DNA of 64,000 nucleotides from Alphaproteobacteria bacterium (GCA_025924715.1 JAICHV010000010.1:22281-86280); one strand, 5' to 3'; positions 27,175-38,944 are shown, counted from the stretch's first letter. Numbers and translations are program-made. The notes: a model not told the origin generated them from the sequence alone.

Positions 27175-27867
27175 TCAGCCCAAGCAGGCCAGAAGCGCTG
27201 CCTGATTGGGAGCGCTGGCGACGCGGGTCTGGGCAAAAATCAGCGGCGCCAAAGCGGCCGATGTCGCGGCGCTGATGCAGATCGCGGTCAGGGTTTGGGT
27301 GGGCAGACCGTCTTTCAACGCGGCTTCGCGGAAGACTTCGGCGCTGCGGGGCGAGAAGAACAAAGCCGCGTCCAGCGCCGCTTCCTTCAAGGCGCGGATG
27401 GCATCCGGCGGCAAAGACCGAGGCGTCACCGCATAAAGAATTTCCTCCTTCACCGTGAAGCCGCATTGGCGCAGGCCGGCCGCCAGCGCGCTGGGGCCGG
27501 GGCCGCCATGAACATGCAGCAAGGGGCCCCGATCCGCATCCGCCCATTCCTGCGCCGCTTGGCCGAGCCGTTCGGCATTGCCATCGGCATTGCGCACATG
27601 TGCGAACCCGGCTTCCGCCGCGGCTTGCGCAGTTTGCGGCCCCACCGCGAACAGCGGCACCTGACGTTCTTCTGTCCGCCGGGCCAAGGCGCGCACCCCA
27701 TTGGCGCTGGTGGCCAGGACGGCCTGTATCCCGTCCAACGAAAGCGGCGGGCCGTCGTGAAAATGCGTGGCCAGCAAGGGCGCGACCAGGGCCTCATGGC
27801 CCCGCGCCGCCAGGAGACGGGCGGTTTCTTCGGCATCTTCCAGGGGTCGCGTCACCAGGATTTTCAT
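27175..27867 (-). CDS. hemD: Uroporphyrinogen-III synthase
   Basis: MKILVTRP, ATSANGV, FAVGPQTA, FFSPRSA, CISAAT. Confidence 0.9.
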   Translation of the reverse strand: MKILVTRPLEDAEETARLLAARGHEALVAPLLATHFHDGPPLSLDGIQAVLATSANGVRALARRTEERQVPLFAVGPQTAQAAAEAGFAHVRNADGNAERLGQAAQEWADADRGPLLHVHGGPGPSALAAGLRQCGFTVKEEILYAVTPRSLPPDAIRALKEAALDAALFFSPRSAEVFREAALKDGLPTQTLTAICISAATSAALAPLIFAQTRVASAPNQAALLACLG

Positions 27868-27954
27868 TGCACTTTTCTGATCGCGCCGGGGGCCGGTTTT
27901 GCAGCAACCCCGCATCTGGGATAGGGAACAGCCCGTTATTTTGCGAGCTGGAAT

Positions 27955-29007
27955 TTGGCCATTCTCACGGTTCTGGGCATTGAGACAAGCTGCGATGAAA
28001 CCGCGGCTGCGGTGGTGCGCGGCCAGCCGCCGGGACCGGGCGAAATTCTCTCCAATGTGGTGTTCAGCCAAAGCGAAGCCCATGCCCCTTATGGCGGCGT
28101 GGTGCCGGAAATCGCCAGCCGCGCCCATCTGGAGATTCTGGACGACATCATCGCGCGGGCGCTCAGCGAGGCCGAACTTACGCTTGGCGAAGTCGATGCC
28201 GTTGCCGCCACCGCGGGCCCCGGCTTGATCGGCGGCGTCATGGTAGGGCTGACCACCGCCAAGGCGCTGGCTTTGGCGGCGGGCAAACCGCTGATCGCGG
28301 TCAATCATCTGGCGGGCCATGCCCTGACCGCGCGGCTGACCGATGGTGTGGGCTTTCCCTTTTTGCTGCTGCTGGTATCGGGTGGCCACTGCCAGTTGCT
28401 GGCGGTGCAAAGCGCCGAAGACTTCCGCCTTTACGGCAGCACCATGGACGATGCCGCCGGCGAGGCCTTCGACAAGACCGCCAAACTCCTGGGCCTGGGC
28501 TATCCCGGCGGGCCGTTGGTGGAGGCGCATGCGGCGCGGGGCAATCCGCGCGCTTTCGCCTTGCCGCGGCCTTTGCTGGGCCGGGGGCTGGCGGACAGCA
28601 ACCGGGCCGATTTTTCTTTTTCGGGATTGAAGACGGCGATGCGCCAATTGGCGCAGGACAAGACCATCAGCATCGACGATGCCTGCGCCTCATTCCAGGC
28701 AGCGGTGATCGATATCTTGCAGGACCGCTGCGCCACCGCCATGAACATGTTCGCTGCGGATTTTCCGGGTCAGGATCAGCCCTGCCTGGTGGTGGCGGGC
28801 GGGGTCGCCGCCAATCGGGCTATTGGCCAGGGTCTGGCGGAGGTGGCGGGGAAGGCAGGCTTTGCGCTGCGCATTCCCCCCGCCCGGCTCTGCACCGACA
28901 ATGGCGCGATGATTGCCTGGGCGGGGTTGGAACGCTTTGCCGTGGGCGCCTCGGATCCGCTGGAAACGGGGCCGAGGGCGCGCTGGCCTCTCGATCGGAA
29001 GGTTTAG
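27955..29007 (+). CDS. tsaD: tRNA N6-adenosine threonylcarbamoyltransferase TsaD
   Basis: [46 protein letters not shown]. Confidence 0.96.
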   Translation: MAILTVLGIETSCDETAAAVVRGQPPGPGEILSNVVFSQSEAHAPYGGVVPEIASRAHLEILDDIIARALSEAELTLGEVDAVAATAGPGLIGGVMVGLTTAKALALAAGKPLIAVNHLAGHALTARLTDGVGFPFLLLLVSGGHCQLLAVQSAEDFRLYGSTMDDAAGEAFDKTAKLLGLGYPGGPLVEAHAARGNPRAFALPRPLLGRGLADSNRADFSFSGLKTAMRQLAQDKTISIDDACASFQAAVIDILQDRCATAMNMFAADFPGQDQPCLVVAGGVAANRAIGQGLAEVAGKAGFALRIPPARLCTDNGAMIAWAGLERFAVGASDPLETGPRARWPLDRKV

Positions 29008-29120
29008 GCGGCCGAGAAAACCAGCAAAGCCAGGAAACCGCTGATCGCCACGGTGACGACCGTGAGGGTTTCGACGACAAGTTCGCTGAGGACCGGGCGG
29101 CGGATATTGGTATTGGACAT
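29004..29120 (-). CDS. Small (38 aa) predicted membrane protein
   Basis: Strong RBS AAAGGAG 6 nt before ATG; [38 protein letters not shown] has one hydrophobic helix. Confidence 0.55.
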   Translation of the reverse strand: MSNTNIRRPVLSELVVETLTVVTVAISGFLALLVFSAA

Positions 29121-29327
29121 GGAAGGCTCCTTTGAAATGGCGGCAGGCAAATGCTGCAAGCGCGAGATAGTCCTCCCAGGGTTACTATTCAATAAAGGTT
29201 CCGAACACTGTTCGGATACTTTAGACGGCGAACAACGAGATCAATTCCTTGATTTTGTTGAATATTATGTTATCTCACTAACAGCGTTAACCTGTTGTGC
29301 AGTTGCAGCATGGATGGGCTGCGGAAA

Positions 29328-30122
29328 ATGAAGATCGCCACCTGGAATATCAATTCGGTGCGCCTGCGCATGCCCCTGGCCACCCGCTTCCTGCGCCAGC
29401 ACCAGCCCGATGTGCTCTGCCTGCAGGAGACCAAAGTGGTCAATGAGCTGTTCCCGGCTGAGCCCCTGCGCAAGCTGGGCTATGTCCATCAGGCCATCCA
29501 TGGCCAGAAGGGCTATCACGGGGTGGCGGTGCTATCGCGCCTACCCTTCGTCAAAACCGGCGTCCAGGATTTCTGCCGGGAGGGTCATGCCCGCCATATG
29601 GGCGTGACTTTCGAAAACGGCGTGGAGCTGCACAATTTCTATGTCCCGGCCGGCGGCGACATCCCCAATCCCAACGTCAATGCGAAATTTGCCCATAAGC
29701 TGCATTTCCTGGGCGAGCTGGCCAAAGTGTTCGGCGCCCGCCGGGCTGAGCGCGACCGGCCGATGGTGCTGGTCGGCGATTTGAATGTGGCGCCGCTGGA
29801 AAACGATGTCTGGAGCCATAAGCAAATGCGCGATGTGGTCAGCCATACGCCGGTGGAAACCAACCTCTTGGGCGAAGCCATGGCGGCTTTCGATTGGGTC
29901 GATTCCACCCGGCACTTCGTTCCGCCGGAGGAAAAAATCTATTCCTGGTGGAGCTATCGCGCCGCCGATTGGGAAGCGTCGGATCGCGGAAGGCGGCTGG
30001 ACCATGTCTGGGTCAGCGCTGCGCTGAAAGAAGCGCTCAAGTCCCACAAGATCGTCAAGCCGATGCGCGGCTGGCAAAAGGCCTCGGACCATGTGCCGGT
30101 GATCGTGGAGCTGAAGCTTTGA
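29328..30122 (+). CDS. xth: Exodeoxyribonuclease III
   Basis: MKIATWNINSVR, LCLQETK, GDLNVAP, YSWWSYR, RRLDH, SDHVPV. Confidence 0.96.
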   Translation: MKIATWNINSVRLRMPLATRFLRQHQPDVLCLQETKVVNELFPAEPLRKLGYVHQAIHGQKGYHGVAVLSRLPFVKTGVQDFCREGHARHMGVTFENGVELHNFYVPAGGDIPNPNVNAKFAHKLHFLGELAKVFGARRAERDRPMVLVGDLNVAPLENDVWSHKQMRDVVSHTPVETNLLGEAMAAFDWVDSTRHFVPPEEKIYSWWSYRAADWEASDRGRRLDHVWVSAALKEALKSHKIVKPMRGWQKASDHVPVIVELKL

Positions 30123-30712
30123 AATTGGCGCTGCTGCGCCACGGTCCTACCGACTGGAACAGATCGGGGCGGGTGCAGGGTCACACCGATATTGCGCTGA
30201 GCGCGGAGGGTGCCGCGAAAATGCGCGCCCTGGCCCTGCCATCCGATTTTGCCGCCGCGCGGGTTTATGCCAGCCCCTTGCTGCGCGCCCGCCAGACGGT
30301 GGAGGCACTAAACTTGGGCGCCGTGATTTTCGATGCGCGGCTGATGGAACAGAATTGGGGCGACTGGGAAGGTCTCAGCCTGGCTGAGATCAAGGCGCAC
30401 CATGGCGAAGATGCTTTTCTCCGCGCGGGCACAGGCGAAGACTTTCGTCCTTTGCGCGGCGAATCCACGCGCGAGCTGCACGCCCGCGTCGCCGATTTTC
30501 TGAAAGACCTGGCGCTGCGCGGCAAAGATGCCGTGGCGGTGACGCATCTGGGCGTGCTGCGCGCCGCTTATACTTTGGCGACCGGCTGGGACATGGCGAC
30601 GCCGATGCCCGAAGGATTGGATTTGTCGAAGATTCTGGTGCTGGAACTGGCGGCGGACGGATCGCCCGCGCTGCAGGCCTTGAACCTGGACTTCATGCCC
30701 AGAACGGCTTGA
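30119..30712 (+). CDS. Histidine phosphatase (phosphoglycerate mutase) family
   Basis: LLRHGPTDWN, SPLLRARQT, EQNWGDWEG, VTHLG; TTG start overlaps the xth stop. Confidence 0.9.
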   Translation: MKLALLRHGPTDWNRSGRVQGHTDIALSAEGAAKMRALALPSDFAAARVYASPLLRARQTVEALNLGAVIFDARLMEQNWGDWEGLSLAEIKAHHGEDAFLRAGTGEDFRPLRGESTRELHARVADFLKDLALRGKDAVAVTHLGVLRAAYTLATGWDMATPMPEGLDLSKILVLELAADGSPALQALNLDFMPRTA

Positions 30713-31646
30713 CCTTGCGGAAACGGTTCCAGCGTTTCAGCGCCTGTTTGGCCAGGCGCGGGCGATGGGCGCGATACCAGCCGGCCACCATGCCGGCGGC
30801 AAATCCCAACTCGGTTTTCTTGGCGGTCCCGTCGCGCATCAGATTGGCCAGGGTGCCGCGGACATGGGCGATGTCGTTGATTTCACCCAGATCGTCCTGC
30901 AGCTTGCGGACCTTGGCGAGATAGCGTTTGACCTTTTTCTTTTTGTAAAGCGGGGCGAAAAATTCCGCGCTGTAGCGCAATTTCTTCAGCGCGATGCGCA
31001 GGCGGTGCAGATCGCTTTCATCCAGGCTTTTGGCGATGCGACCCCGTTTCAAGGCGCGCTTTTCCTGGGCGTCCAGAATGCGCGCCGCCACTTTGGGCAG
31101 CTTGCGATCCCCCGCCAGCGGCAGGCGCGAGGCTGCCAATCCCGCGACATCATCCAGGAACAAGGCAAAATCGGCGCCGGCGACACAGGCCTGAGCCTGT
31201 TTCCAGGCCGCCTGGCACGCCTCTTGGGCCCGGGCGCGCAGCGGCGCCAGCACGTCGCGCTCGGCTTCGTCGACCGCGCGGTCGAGCCGCTCGCCCAGAA
31301 ACACCTCCAGATCGCGGGCCGGGCCCAGCCGGCTGGACAGAACCTTGGCCCTGCCGCGCAATTCTTCCAGCCAGTCCTTGTTGAATTCCCGCGCGAAAGA
31401 GCCCAGCGCCACTTCCAACCGGCGAAAGCCCACCCGCAATTGATGCAGGCCTTCGATGGAATGACCCGCCCGCACCGTCGCGGCATTGGCGGTCAGCTGG
31501 GCCAGGCAGTCCGACAGAGTGATGCGGAAGGCCTGGTCCGGCGTCATTTTGGGATTGAGATGGGCGGGACGCGCCTTCACCGGTTCGGCGGGCGCAGAAT
31601 TCCGGCGGATCAGGGAATGAATCGAAGCAGGCCGCGGATCATCCAT
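30693..31646 (-). CDS. CHAD domain protein (polyphosphate-binding)
   Basis: LHQLRVGFRRL, GPARDLEV, LHRLRIALKKLRY, LQDDLGEIND. Confidence 0.9.
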   Translation of the reverse strand: MDDPRPASIHSLIRRNSAPAEPVKARPAHLNPKMTPDQAFRITLSDCLAQLTANAATVRAGHSIEGLHQLRVGFRRLEVALGSFAREFNKDWLEELRGRAKVLSSRLGPARDLEVFLGERLDRAVDEAERDVLAPLRARAQEACQAAWKQAQACVAGADFALFLDDVAGLAASRLPLAGDRKLPKVAARILDAQEKRALKRGRIAKSLDESDLHRLRIALKKLRYSAEFFAPLYKKKKVKRYLAKVRKLQDDLGEINDIAHVRGTLANLMRDGTAKKTELGFAAGMVAGWYRAHRPRLAKQALKRWNRFRKVKPFWA

Positions 31647-31660
31647 GACGCTGTTATGCG

Positions 31661-32419
31661 TCAGTTGGGGCGGACCGGCAATCCCGCATCCGCCAAGGCT
31701 TTCCTAGCCTGCGCAATACTGACTTCCCCAAAATGGAAGATCGAGGCCGCGAGCACGGCACTGGCATGACCCTGGGTGACGCCGCGCACCAGATCGCCGA
31801 CATTTCCCACACCGCCCGAGGCAATCACCGGCACGGTGACGGCGTCGGCGATGGCGCGGGTCAGCGGCAGGTCATAACCGGATTTGGTGCCGTCGCGGTC
31901 CATCGAGGTCAGCAGGATTTCACCCGCGCCATAGCTCACCAGTCTTTGCGCATGGGCAATCGCGTCGATCCCGGTGGCGCGGCGTCCCCCATGGGTGAAG
32001 ACTTCAAAGCCCTTTTCACCTTTTTTTGCGTCGATGGCCGCCACGATACATTGGCTGCCGAATTTCTCGGCCGCTTCCTTGACGAATTCGGGGCGGTGAA
32101 CGGCGGCGGTGTTGATGGATACCTTGTCGGCCCCGGCCAGCAGAAGCGCGCGGATATCCTCCAGCGTCCGCACCCCTCCCCCGACTGTCAGCGGCATGAA
32201 ACAGACCTCGGCGGTGCGGTGGACCACATCCAGCAAGGTGCCGCGGCCTTCATGGCTGGCGGTGATGTCAAGAAAGCAGAGCTCGTCGGCGCCGGCGCGG
32301 TCATACAAGATGGCCTGTTCCACCGGATCGCCGGCATCGCGCAACTGCTCGAAATTGATGCCTTTGACGACGCGGCCGTCCTTCACATCCAGGCAGGGGA
32401 TAATGCGGACTTTTAACAT
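31661..32419 (-). CDS. hisF: Imidazole glycerol phosphate synthase cyclase subunit
   Basis: [38 protein letters not shown]. Confidence 0.98.
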   Translation of the reverse strand: MLKVRIIPCLDVKDGRVVKGINFEQLRDAGDPVEQAILYDRAGADELCFLDITASHEGRGTLLDVVHRTAEVCFMPLTVGGGVRTLEDIRALLLAGADKVSINTAAVHRPEFVKEAAEKFGSQCIVAAIDAKKGEKGFEVFTHGGRRATGIDAIAHAQRLVSYGAGEILLTSMDRDGTKSGYDLPLTRAIADAVTVPVIASGGVGNVGDLVRGVTQGHASAVLAASIFHFGEVSIAQARKALADAGLPVRPN

Positions 32420-32435
32420 GGGAAGTGGGGCAGCA

Positions 32436-33461
32436 TCAGCGCGCCGATCTCGCCATGGCGGCGATGTTCATCAGGGTGCGCCCGACGGCGGCTTCCGCCG
32501 GCACCGCCGTGGTCTTGGCCAGGGTTTCGGCCTCCAGCAGCATATCCAGCGCTTCGCCCAATTTGTCCTGGTTCCAGCGCCGAAGCTGCGCCTTGAAGCT
32601 GTCGCTGCGCAGGAAATGCAGCGGCGGGCGCAATTTGCGCAGCGCCCCATCGGTGTTTTCGCCCCGCTCGACAAGCTCCGACACGTGGAGCAGCCGCTGG
32701 AAATGGCCCATGGCGCTGCGCGCCACGGCCACCGCGTTCATATCCGCGGCCCATAACCGTTCCAGCGCCAGATCGAGGCGGCTGAAATCCCCAGCCCCGG
32801 CCGCATCGCAGGCTTCCTCCGCCCGGGCCTCGGCCTCATCCCCCATCACCGCGCGCACATCTTCCAGGCTGACGGTCTTTTGGCCTTGGGCGTAAAGCGC
32901 CAGTTTTTCCAATTCCCGCCGGGTGACGCCGCGATCCGAGCCCAGCCGCGACACCGCATCGGCCAGGGCATCGGGGGCGATGGAAAGCCCGTGGCTGCGC
33001 ATGGCGTCGCGCACCACATCTTCCAGATTGCGGGCGGTGTCGGCATAGCAGGCAATCGCTGCCGCCTTGGCGTCACCTTCAAACAGCTTGCGCAGGCCAG
33101 TGCCTTTGCCCAGGTCGCCCGCCTCCACCACCACCAGCGCATCGCCCAAGGAATCGTCCAGGAATTGCTCAAACAAGTCGGTGAGGTCGTTGGAGGCGCC
33201 GCGCACCCGCACCACCCGCCGGCCGCCCATCATCGAGATCGCGGCCGCTTCATCGGCCAACCGGGCGGGATCGGACAGCAGCACGCTTTCCGACAGATCG
33301 GCGACATTGAAGGCATCGCTCAGATCGGGGACCACGGTTTTGAGCAAGGTTTCGGCGCGTTCCTGCACCAGGCCGGCATCGGGGCCGAACACGAGAGCAA
33401 CGCGCAAATCCTTGGGCGGGCTGGCGGCGAAACGGTCGGCGTCGCGGGCAGCCACGATCAT
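32436..33461 (-). CDS. holA: DNA polymerase III subunit delta
   Basis: [21 protein letters not shown]; leuS-lptE-holA synteny. Confidence 0.93.
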   Translation of the reverse strand: MIVAARDADRFAASPPKDLRVALVFGPDAGLVQERAETLLKTVVPDLSDAFNVADLSESVLLSDPARLADEAAAISMMGGRRVVRVRGASNDLTDLFEQFLDDSLGDALVVVEAGDLGKGTGLRKLFEGDAKAAAIACYADTARNLEDVVRDAMRSHGLSIAPDALADAVSRLGSDRGVTRRELEKLALYAQGQKTVSLEDVRAVMGDEAEARAEEACDAAGAGDFSRLDLALERLWAADMNAVAVARSAMGHFQRLLHVSELVERGENTDGALRKLRPPLHFLRSDSFKAQLRRWNQDKLGEALDMLLEAETLAKTTAVPAEAAVGRTLMNIAAMARSAR

Positions 33462-33943
33462 GGGCGTTGCCGGCGGAAATAAACCTCCAGCTCCAAACTG
33501 AGGCGCTCGGCGAGATCCTGGGCCGCGCGCTTGTCGGCATCCTGCCGCGCCACCTGGGTGGCGTAAGGGGATTGGGCGACATTGTAGGACGACAGGCTGG
33601 TCAGAGAACCCCGGCGCAGTTCCTCGCCTTTGGCATCGGTCAGGACATAGTTGGCGGTCACGGTGTCGTTGTAGCGGGTGATGGTGGCGTCATTCTGCAG
33701 CGCCACGCCTTGATTGGTATCGGTCAGGGTGATGGCGAGACGATAGGCCTTGCCGGCTTGTTCACCATCGGAGCGCAGCAGATCGATCAGGCTGTTGCGC
33801 AATTCGAAGCCGGCCGGCTCTTCAATCGGATCGACAAAAATCGAAGCCAGTTTCGGCGAGAGCCGGACATCGCCATAAAGCGGACGAAAGCCGCAGGCGC
33901 CGAGCGCAAGGCAAAGCAGCAGGGCGGCGGCGGTTCTCATCAT
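33458..33943 (-). CDS. lptE: LPS assembly lipoprotein LptE
   Basis: Lipobox [11 protein letters not shown]; located between leuS and holA. Confidence 0.9.
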   Translation of the reverse strand: MMRTAAALLLCLALGACGFRPLYGDVRLSPKLASIFVDPIEEPAGFELRNSLIDLLRSDGEQAGKAYRLAITLTDTNQGVALQNDATITRYNDTVTANYVLTDAKGEELRRGSLTSLSSYNVAQSPYATQVARQDADKRAAQDLAERLSLELEVYFRRQRP

Positions 33944-36483
33944 GCGACGATATTTACAATTCTGCCGGGCACCACAATCACCTTTTTCGGCGCTTTGCCC
34001 TCCAAGGCACGGACGACGCCATCCAGGGCCAGGGCGGCGGCTTCCACGCTTTTGTTGTCGGCGTCTCGCGGCACCACGACTTCGCCCCGGCGTTTGCCAT
34101 TGACTTGAACGGCGATGGTGAGGCTATCGGATTCCAGCAGCGCCGGATCATGTTTCGGCCAGGGCGTTTCCACCACCAGCCGGTCATGCCCCAGGGCCTG
34201 CCAGCAGGTTTCCGCCAGATGAGGCATCATCGGGGCCGACAACAGCACCAGCGCTTCCAGCGCCTCGCGCCGCGCCGCGCCATTGGCGGCAGCGCCATCG
34301 CCGATCGCATTGGCCAGCATATAGAGCTGGGCCACGGCGCTGTTGAAGCGCAGCGCCGCCAGATGTTCGGTTACTGCCGCGATGGCTTTGTGGCTGGCCT
34401 GGCGCAAAGTTTTGGACGGCGCGTCGTCGGCGCTGGGCGCGGTGCCGGGCGGTGGCAGACCTTGCGCCTCGGTCGCCAGCCGGTGCACCCGCTGGACAAA
34501 ACGCCAGCAGCCTTCGGCGCCGGCATCGGTCCATTCGATGTCGCGCTCCGGCGGGGTATCGGACAGCATGAACCAGCGGATGGTGTCGGCGCCGTAATCG
34601 GCGATGATGCTTTCCGGCGCGATCACATTCTTTTTGGACTTGGACATTTTTTCGGACGGCCCGATCTCGACCGGAGCATGGCCGTCCTTCAAAAATGCCT
34701 GGCCGCTTTCCTTGATTACCTGGTCGGGCGAGACCCAATTTCCCTCCACGTCCTTATAAGTCTCGTGACAGACCATGCCTTGGGTGAACAAGCCGGCAAA
34801 CGGTTCGGCCACCGACACCAGGCCGAGCTTGTGCATCGCCCGGGTGAAAAACCGGGCATAGAGCAGATGCAGGATCGCATGTTCGATGCCGCCGATATAT
34901 TGATCCACCGGCAGCCAATAATCGGCGGCTTGTTTGTTCACCGGCTGTTTGGCGTGGCTGTCGGTAAAACGGGCAAAATACCAGGACGAATCCACAAAGG
35001 TATCGAGGGTGTCGGTATCGCGCAGCGCCGGGCCGCCGCAATCGGGGCAAGTGGTGGTCTTCCAGGCGATATCGCGGTCCAGCGGATTGCCGGTCTGGGA
35101 AAAATCGATGCGGTCGGGCAGCAGCACCGGCAAATCGCTTTCTTTCAGCGCCACCACGCCGCATTTGGCGCAATGCACCACGGGTATGGGACAGCCCCAA
35201 GGGCGCTGGCGTGAGACCAGCCAATCGCGCAGCCGGTAATTGATGGTGCGTTCGCCGGTGCCGTCTTTTTCCAGCCGCTTGGCGATCTCGGCTTTCGCCT
35301 GCTCCACCGTCATGCCGTCCAGGAAGCGCGAATTGGCCAGGCGCCCCGGGCCGGTATAGGCCTCTTTGCCGATCGCGAAACTCTTGGGATCGGCATCGGA
35401 GGGCACCACCACCGGCGTCACCGACAAACCATATTTGCGCGCGAAATCCAGGTCGCGCTGGTCATGCGCCGGGCAGCCGAAAATCGCGCCGGTCCCGTAG
35501 CCCATCAGCACGAAATTGGCCACCATCACCTTCAATTTCCAATTCGGATCGAAAGGATGGGTGGCGGTGAGGCCGGTGTCATAGCCCAGCTTCTCGGCCT
35601 TTTCGATTTCCGCTTCCGCCGTGCCGGTCTTGCGGCATTCGGCAATGAAATCCTGCAGCCTCGGATCGCGCTTGGCCAATTCCTGGGTCAGGGGATGTTC
35701 GGGCGACAGTGCCACAAAGGAGGCGCCGAACAAGGTGTCGGGCCGGGTGGTAAAGACATCCAGCTTTTCGCCGTCCGACAGCACGAACTGAAAGCGCAGG
35801 CCTTCGCTGCGGCCGATCCAGTTCTTCTGCATCAGCCGCACTTTTTCCGGCCAGCGGTCCAGCGTGTCCAGCGCCGTCAGCAATTCTTCGGCGAATGCGG
35901 TGATCTTGAAAAACCATTGCGACAGCTTGCGCCGTTCCACCACCGCGCCCGAGCGCCAGCCACGGCCGTCGATCACCTGTTCATTGGCCAATACGGTCAT
36001 ATCGACCGGATCCCAATTGACGTCGGCCTCGCCGCGATAGACGAAGCCGGCCTTGTAGAATTGCAGAAACAATTTCTGCTGCTGGTGATAATAGGCCGGA
36101 TCGCAAGTCGCGAATTCGCGGCTCCAGTCGATCGACAAGCCCATCAGCTTGAGCTCGCTGCGCATTGCCGCGATATTGTCATAGGTCCAGTCGCGCGGAT
36201 TGACGCCTTTGTCGCGAGCGGCATTTTCCGCCGGCAAGCCGAAGGCATCCCAGCCCATCGGATGCAGCACATTATAGCCTTGGGCGCGGCGGAAACGGGC
36301 GATCACATCGCCCATGGTATAATTGCGGGCATGGCCCATATGGATGCGCCCCGATGGATAGGGGAACATCTCCAGCACATAGCATTTGGGTTTGGCGGCA
36401 TCATCGGGGGTGGCGAAAGCCTGTTTGGCCTCCCACACCTCTTGCCAGTGCCGTTCGGAGTCCTTGGCGTTGTACCGCGCCAT
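33940..36483 (-). CDS. leuS: Leucine--tRNA ligase
   Basis: [25 protein letters not shown] editing domain. Confidence 0.99.
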   Translation of the reverse strand: MARYNAKDSERHWQEVWEAKQAFATPDDAAKPKCYVLEMFPYPSGRIHMGHARNYTMGDVIARFRRAQGYNVLHPMGWDAFGLPAENAARDKGVNPRDWTYDNIAAMRSELKLMGLSIDWSREFATCDPAYYHQQQKLFLQFYKAGFVYRGEADVNWDPVDMTVLANEQVIDGRGWRSGAVVERRKLSQWFFKITAFAEELLTALDTLDRWPEKVRLMQKNWIGRSEGLRFQFVLSDGEKLDVFTTRPDTLFGASFVALSPEHPLTQELAKRDPRLQDFIAECRKTGTAEAEIEKAEKLGYDTGLTATHPFDPNWKLKVMVANFVLMGYGTGAIFGCPAHDQRDLDFARKYGLSVTPVVVPSDADPKSFAIGKEAYTGPGRLANSRFLDGMTVEQAKAEIAKRLEKDGTGERTINYRLRDWLVSRQRPWGCPIPVVHCAKCGVVALKESDLPVLLPDRIDFSQTGNPLDRDIAWKTTTCPDCGGPALRDTDTLDTFVDSSWYFARFTDSHAKQPVNKQAADYWLPVDQYIGGIEHAILHLLYARFFTRAMHKLGLVSVAEPFAGLFTQGMVCHETYKDVEGNWVSPDQVIKESGQAFLKDGHAPVEIGPSEKMSKSKKNVIAPESIIADYGADTIRWFMLSDTPPERDIEWTDAGAEGCWRFVQRVHRLATEAQGLPPPGTAPSADDAPSKTLRQASHKAIAAVTEHLAALRFNSAVAQLYMLANAIGDGAAANGAARREALEALVLLSAPMMPHLAETCWQALGHDRLVVETPWPKHDPALLESDSLTIAVQVNGKRRGEVVVPRDADNKSVEAAALALDGVVRALEGKAPKKVIVVPGRIVNIVA

Positions 36484-36540
36484 CTCAAAGTCCTCGATTG
36501 CGGTGCCAGGCCCCGCATGAGGCTATGGCGGAATGGAAAG

Positions 36541-36987
36541 TTACGAGCCCTGGTTGAGCGTGGCCAGACGCAATTCGCGCGCCCGGGTGAGGATGGAATC
36601 TTCCAGCCGGTGGGCGGTGTCGGGGCTGGCGGCGGCGTCGGTCCAGCCGGCACCGTTGCGGGTCTGGCGGAACACCACGACCTTGAGGCCATCGGCGCGC
36701 AGGGTGCGGTCCATGATGTAGATTGTGACTTTCAGCCGCTCATCCGGGGCCGAGGGGGCCACATACCAATCCGAGATGATCACCCCGCCAAACGGGTCGG
36801 CGCTTTGCAGCGGCATGAAGGAGAGGGTGTCGAGGGCGGCGTGCCAGAGATAGGAATTGACCCCCAGGGTGACGCGGTTGTTGCCGCCCGCCACGATGGT
36901 GGCGCCGGTGTCCATGTCGGTGGTCTGTTCATCCGAACCGCAACCGGCCAAGACCAGCGCGCACAGCAATACGGGGATAATTCTCAT
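36541..36987 (-). CDS. DUF3576-type lipoprotein
   Basis: Lipobox LAGC; GVNSYLWHAALDTLSFMPL..ADPFGGVIISDWY; conserved upstream of leuS in Alphaproteobacteria. Confidence 0.88.
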   Translation of the reverse strand: MRIIPVLLCALVLAGCGSDEQTTDMDTGATIVAGGNNRVTLGVNSYLWHAALDTLSFMPLQSADPFGGVIISDWYVAPSAPDERLKVTIYIMDRTLRADGLKVVVFRQTRNGAGWTDAAASPDTAHRLEDSILTRARELRLATLNQGS

Positions 36988-37175
36988 CGCGTTCGACTTA
37001 GTCCTTCGAAACCGGCTTTTCGCTGCAGCCCCACGGGACCGACGCGACCCCCACTTGCCTGCAGGGCTTATACTTGGGCCGGCGGGCCGGCGCAACGGCA
37101 GGCAGATTCTCAAATTGCGGCGGGTTTGGCTTATGCTAGAAGGGTTTACGGCAGGGCTCATTGCAAAAGGGTAAG

Positions 37176-38360
37176 ATGGCGCGACAGGGCAAAGCGCGGC
37201 GGCTGAGCGGGGCGGTTCTGGCGGCATTGACCGCTGGGCCCGCATTGGGCGCGCCGGCCGATTGGAGCTTGCCGTCCTGGCAGGGCGCCATCGGCGATGC
37301 CCAGCTCGAAATCGGGGCTGCCGCGGGCGCAAGCCTCTTCACCACCGACCAGCCCCGCCAACCGGCGGCGAGCGGCTATATCAAGCTGATGCCCCGGCTG
37401 CACCGCGACTATGACAGCGGCTTGTCGATCGGCCTTGACGCCACGTTTTCGGGCAGCGATGCCTTGTCGCGCGGGCGCTATGGCGAGGGCGTCGAAAAGC
37501 TTTACGGCGAAATCCGCACAGGATTGGGCCGGCTGGAATTGGGCCAGACTGACGGCGGCGCTTATGACCTGGCCGTCACCGGGCCCAAAGTGGATGCCGC
37601 GGTGTCGCTGGACGACCCCCAGACCAGTTTCTTGCGCGATCCCGCGACCGGCCGCGCTTTCGCCGATGTCTTCCCCTTGCGAACCGAAATCGGCGCCTCG
37701 TCGAACGACGCCAAGCTCGCCTATGTCAGCCCCAGCCTGTTCGGCGCCCAATTGGCATTCTCCTACACCCCCAACGAGGCCAAAGACGTATTGCCGTTCC
37801 TGCATGCGGGCCCGCACACACCCGGGCGCGCAGCGGCGATCTGGGAGGGGAGCGCCCGCTATTCCGGCGATATCGGACCGCTGACCCTGACCGGCTATGC
37901 CGGATTTGCCGAAGGCCGGGCCGAACACAAGCTGCCCGGCCAGCACGGGCTAAGCGATTGGGGCGCGGGCCTGCGCGCCGATTATCCGATCAATGACGAC
38001 ATCACGATTTCGGCCGGCGGCGCCTTCCGCCGCAGCAATTCCCATGCCTTGGATGTCAATCAAAGCTGGCGCGGCGGCGCGACCAGCGTCACCCATCTGA
38101 GCGCCAGCCTAACCGACGGCGATGTGGTTGCCGGGGTGGAATATGGCAGCGGCACCGCCGATGCGGTGGCGGCGCTGCCCCGCCTTGGCCTTAACGCCTA
38201 TCAGGCATCGCTAGGTTATATGCTGAGTCCAAGTGTGGAACTCAGCGCCGGCTGGCAGGGCTGGAATTACGGCCGCGCCAGCGGTCTATTTTTCAACGCC
38301 GCGCCGCGCCTGAAGCTGGATGCCGAATTTGTGCATCTGAGCTTTCATACCAGCCCCTAA
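37176..38360 (+). CDS. Porin-like outer membrane protein
   Basis: Signal peptide; GRLELGQTDG, KLAYVSPSLFGAQLAFSYTP; amphipathic beta strands. Confidence 0.78.
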   Translation: MARQGKARRLSGAVLAALTAGPALGAPADWSLPSWQGAIGDAQLEIGAAAGASLFTTDQPRQPAASGYIKLMPRLHRDYDSGLSIGLDATFSGSDALSRGRYGEGVEKLYGEIRTGLGRLELGQTDGGAYDLAVTGPKVDAAVSLDDPQTSFLRDPATGRAFADVFPLRTEIGASSNDAKLAYVSPSLFGAQLAFSYTPNEAKDVLPFLHAGPHTPGRAAAIWEGSARYSGDIGPLTLTGYAGFAEGRAEHKLPGQHGLSDWGAGLRADYPINDDITISAGGAFRRSNSHALDVNQSWRGGATSVTHLSASLTDGDVVAGVEYGSGTADAVAALPRLGLNAYQASLGYMLSPSVELSAGWQGWNYGRASGLFFNAAPRLKLDAEFVHLSFHTSP

Positions 38361-38362
38361 AA

Positions 38363-38944
38363 TCAGATCAGGGCGCCGATGGCGGCGAGGCCCGCGAAGC
38401 CATGCAGCAATCCGGCATTTTGCGCGTCGATTCCCCCTAAGGCAAAGACGGGTATCGGCGCCTGTCTTGCGATCAGCCGCGCCCGCGCCGGCGTCAAAGC
38501 GGGCGCGTCCGGATGGCTGGCGGTGGCAAAGACCGGCGAGAGCAGCACCGCATCGGCGCCGCCGGCATTCAGCACGGCGCGCAAAGAATGCGCCGCCGCC
38601 GTGACGAACCAGTGCGGATAGCGCGCGCGCCAATGCGCCGCTTCCCTAGCGCGGCGCTGCGGCAAATGAATGCCATGCGCGCCGATCTTTGCGGCCAGTT
38701 GCGGATCATCGGCGATCAGAAGCAGCAATCCCCGCACTCGGGCAATGGCGCGCAGGGCCGCCGCCAGCGCCGCCCGGCGGCTCGCATCGCGCGAACGCAG
38801 GATGATCACCGCGCCGCGCGGCAAGGCGCGCGCGGCCGGCAGCGGATCGGGCAAGCGCTGATCGTCGGTCAGCAGCAGCAGCGCGCCGCAATTGTGCATG
38901 CGCGCCGCCCTTGCTAGTTTCGCGCGCGACAAAGACGGCCCCAT
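38363..38944 (-). CDS. Thiamine phosphate synthase-like (ThiE/TenI family)
   Basis: AHGIHLP, AAHS, LLSPVFATASHP, VFALGGI; start is either 38944 or 38899. Confidence 0.82.
   Translation of the reverse strand: MGPSLSRAKLARAARMHNCGALLLLTDDQRLPDPLPAARALPRGAVIILRSRDASRRAALAAALRAIARVRGLLLLIADDPQLAAKIGAHGIHLPQRRAREAAHWRARYPHWFVTAAAHSLRAVLNAGGADAVLLSPVFATASHPDAPALTPARARLIARQAPIPVFALGGIDAQNAGLLHGFAGLAAIGALI

Noticed and set aside
25579-27924. 781-aa plus-strand ORF, and similar long ORFs at 3107-4738, 18211-19416, 35464-37206 and 61487-63484
   Set aside because: Antisense shadows of well-supported genes, expected from high-GC codon bias; no recognisable motifs
27868-28647. Long N-terminal extension of hemD (also the extended starts given for thiE-like, rimI, fur and the sulfotransferase)
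   Set aside because: The extensions overlap other real genes; family motifs begin at the downstream ATGs used above
29198-29213. Alphaproteobacterial LexA box upstream of xth
   Set aside because: The GTTC..GTTC spacing is 8, not the required 7
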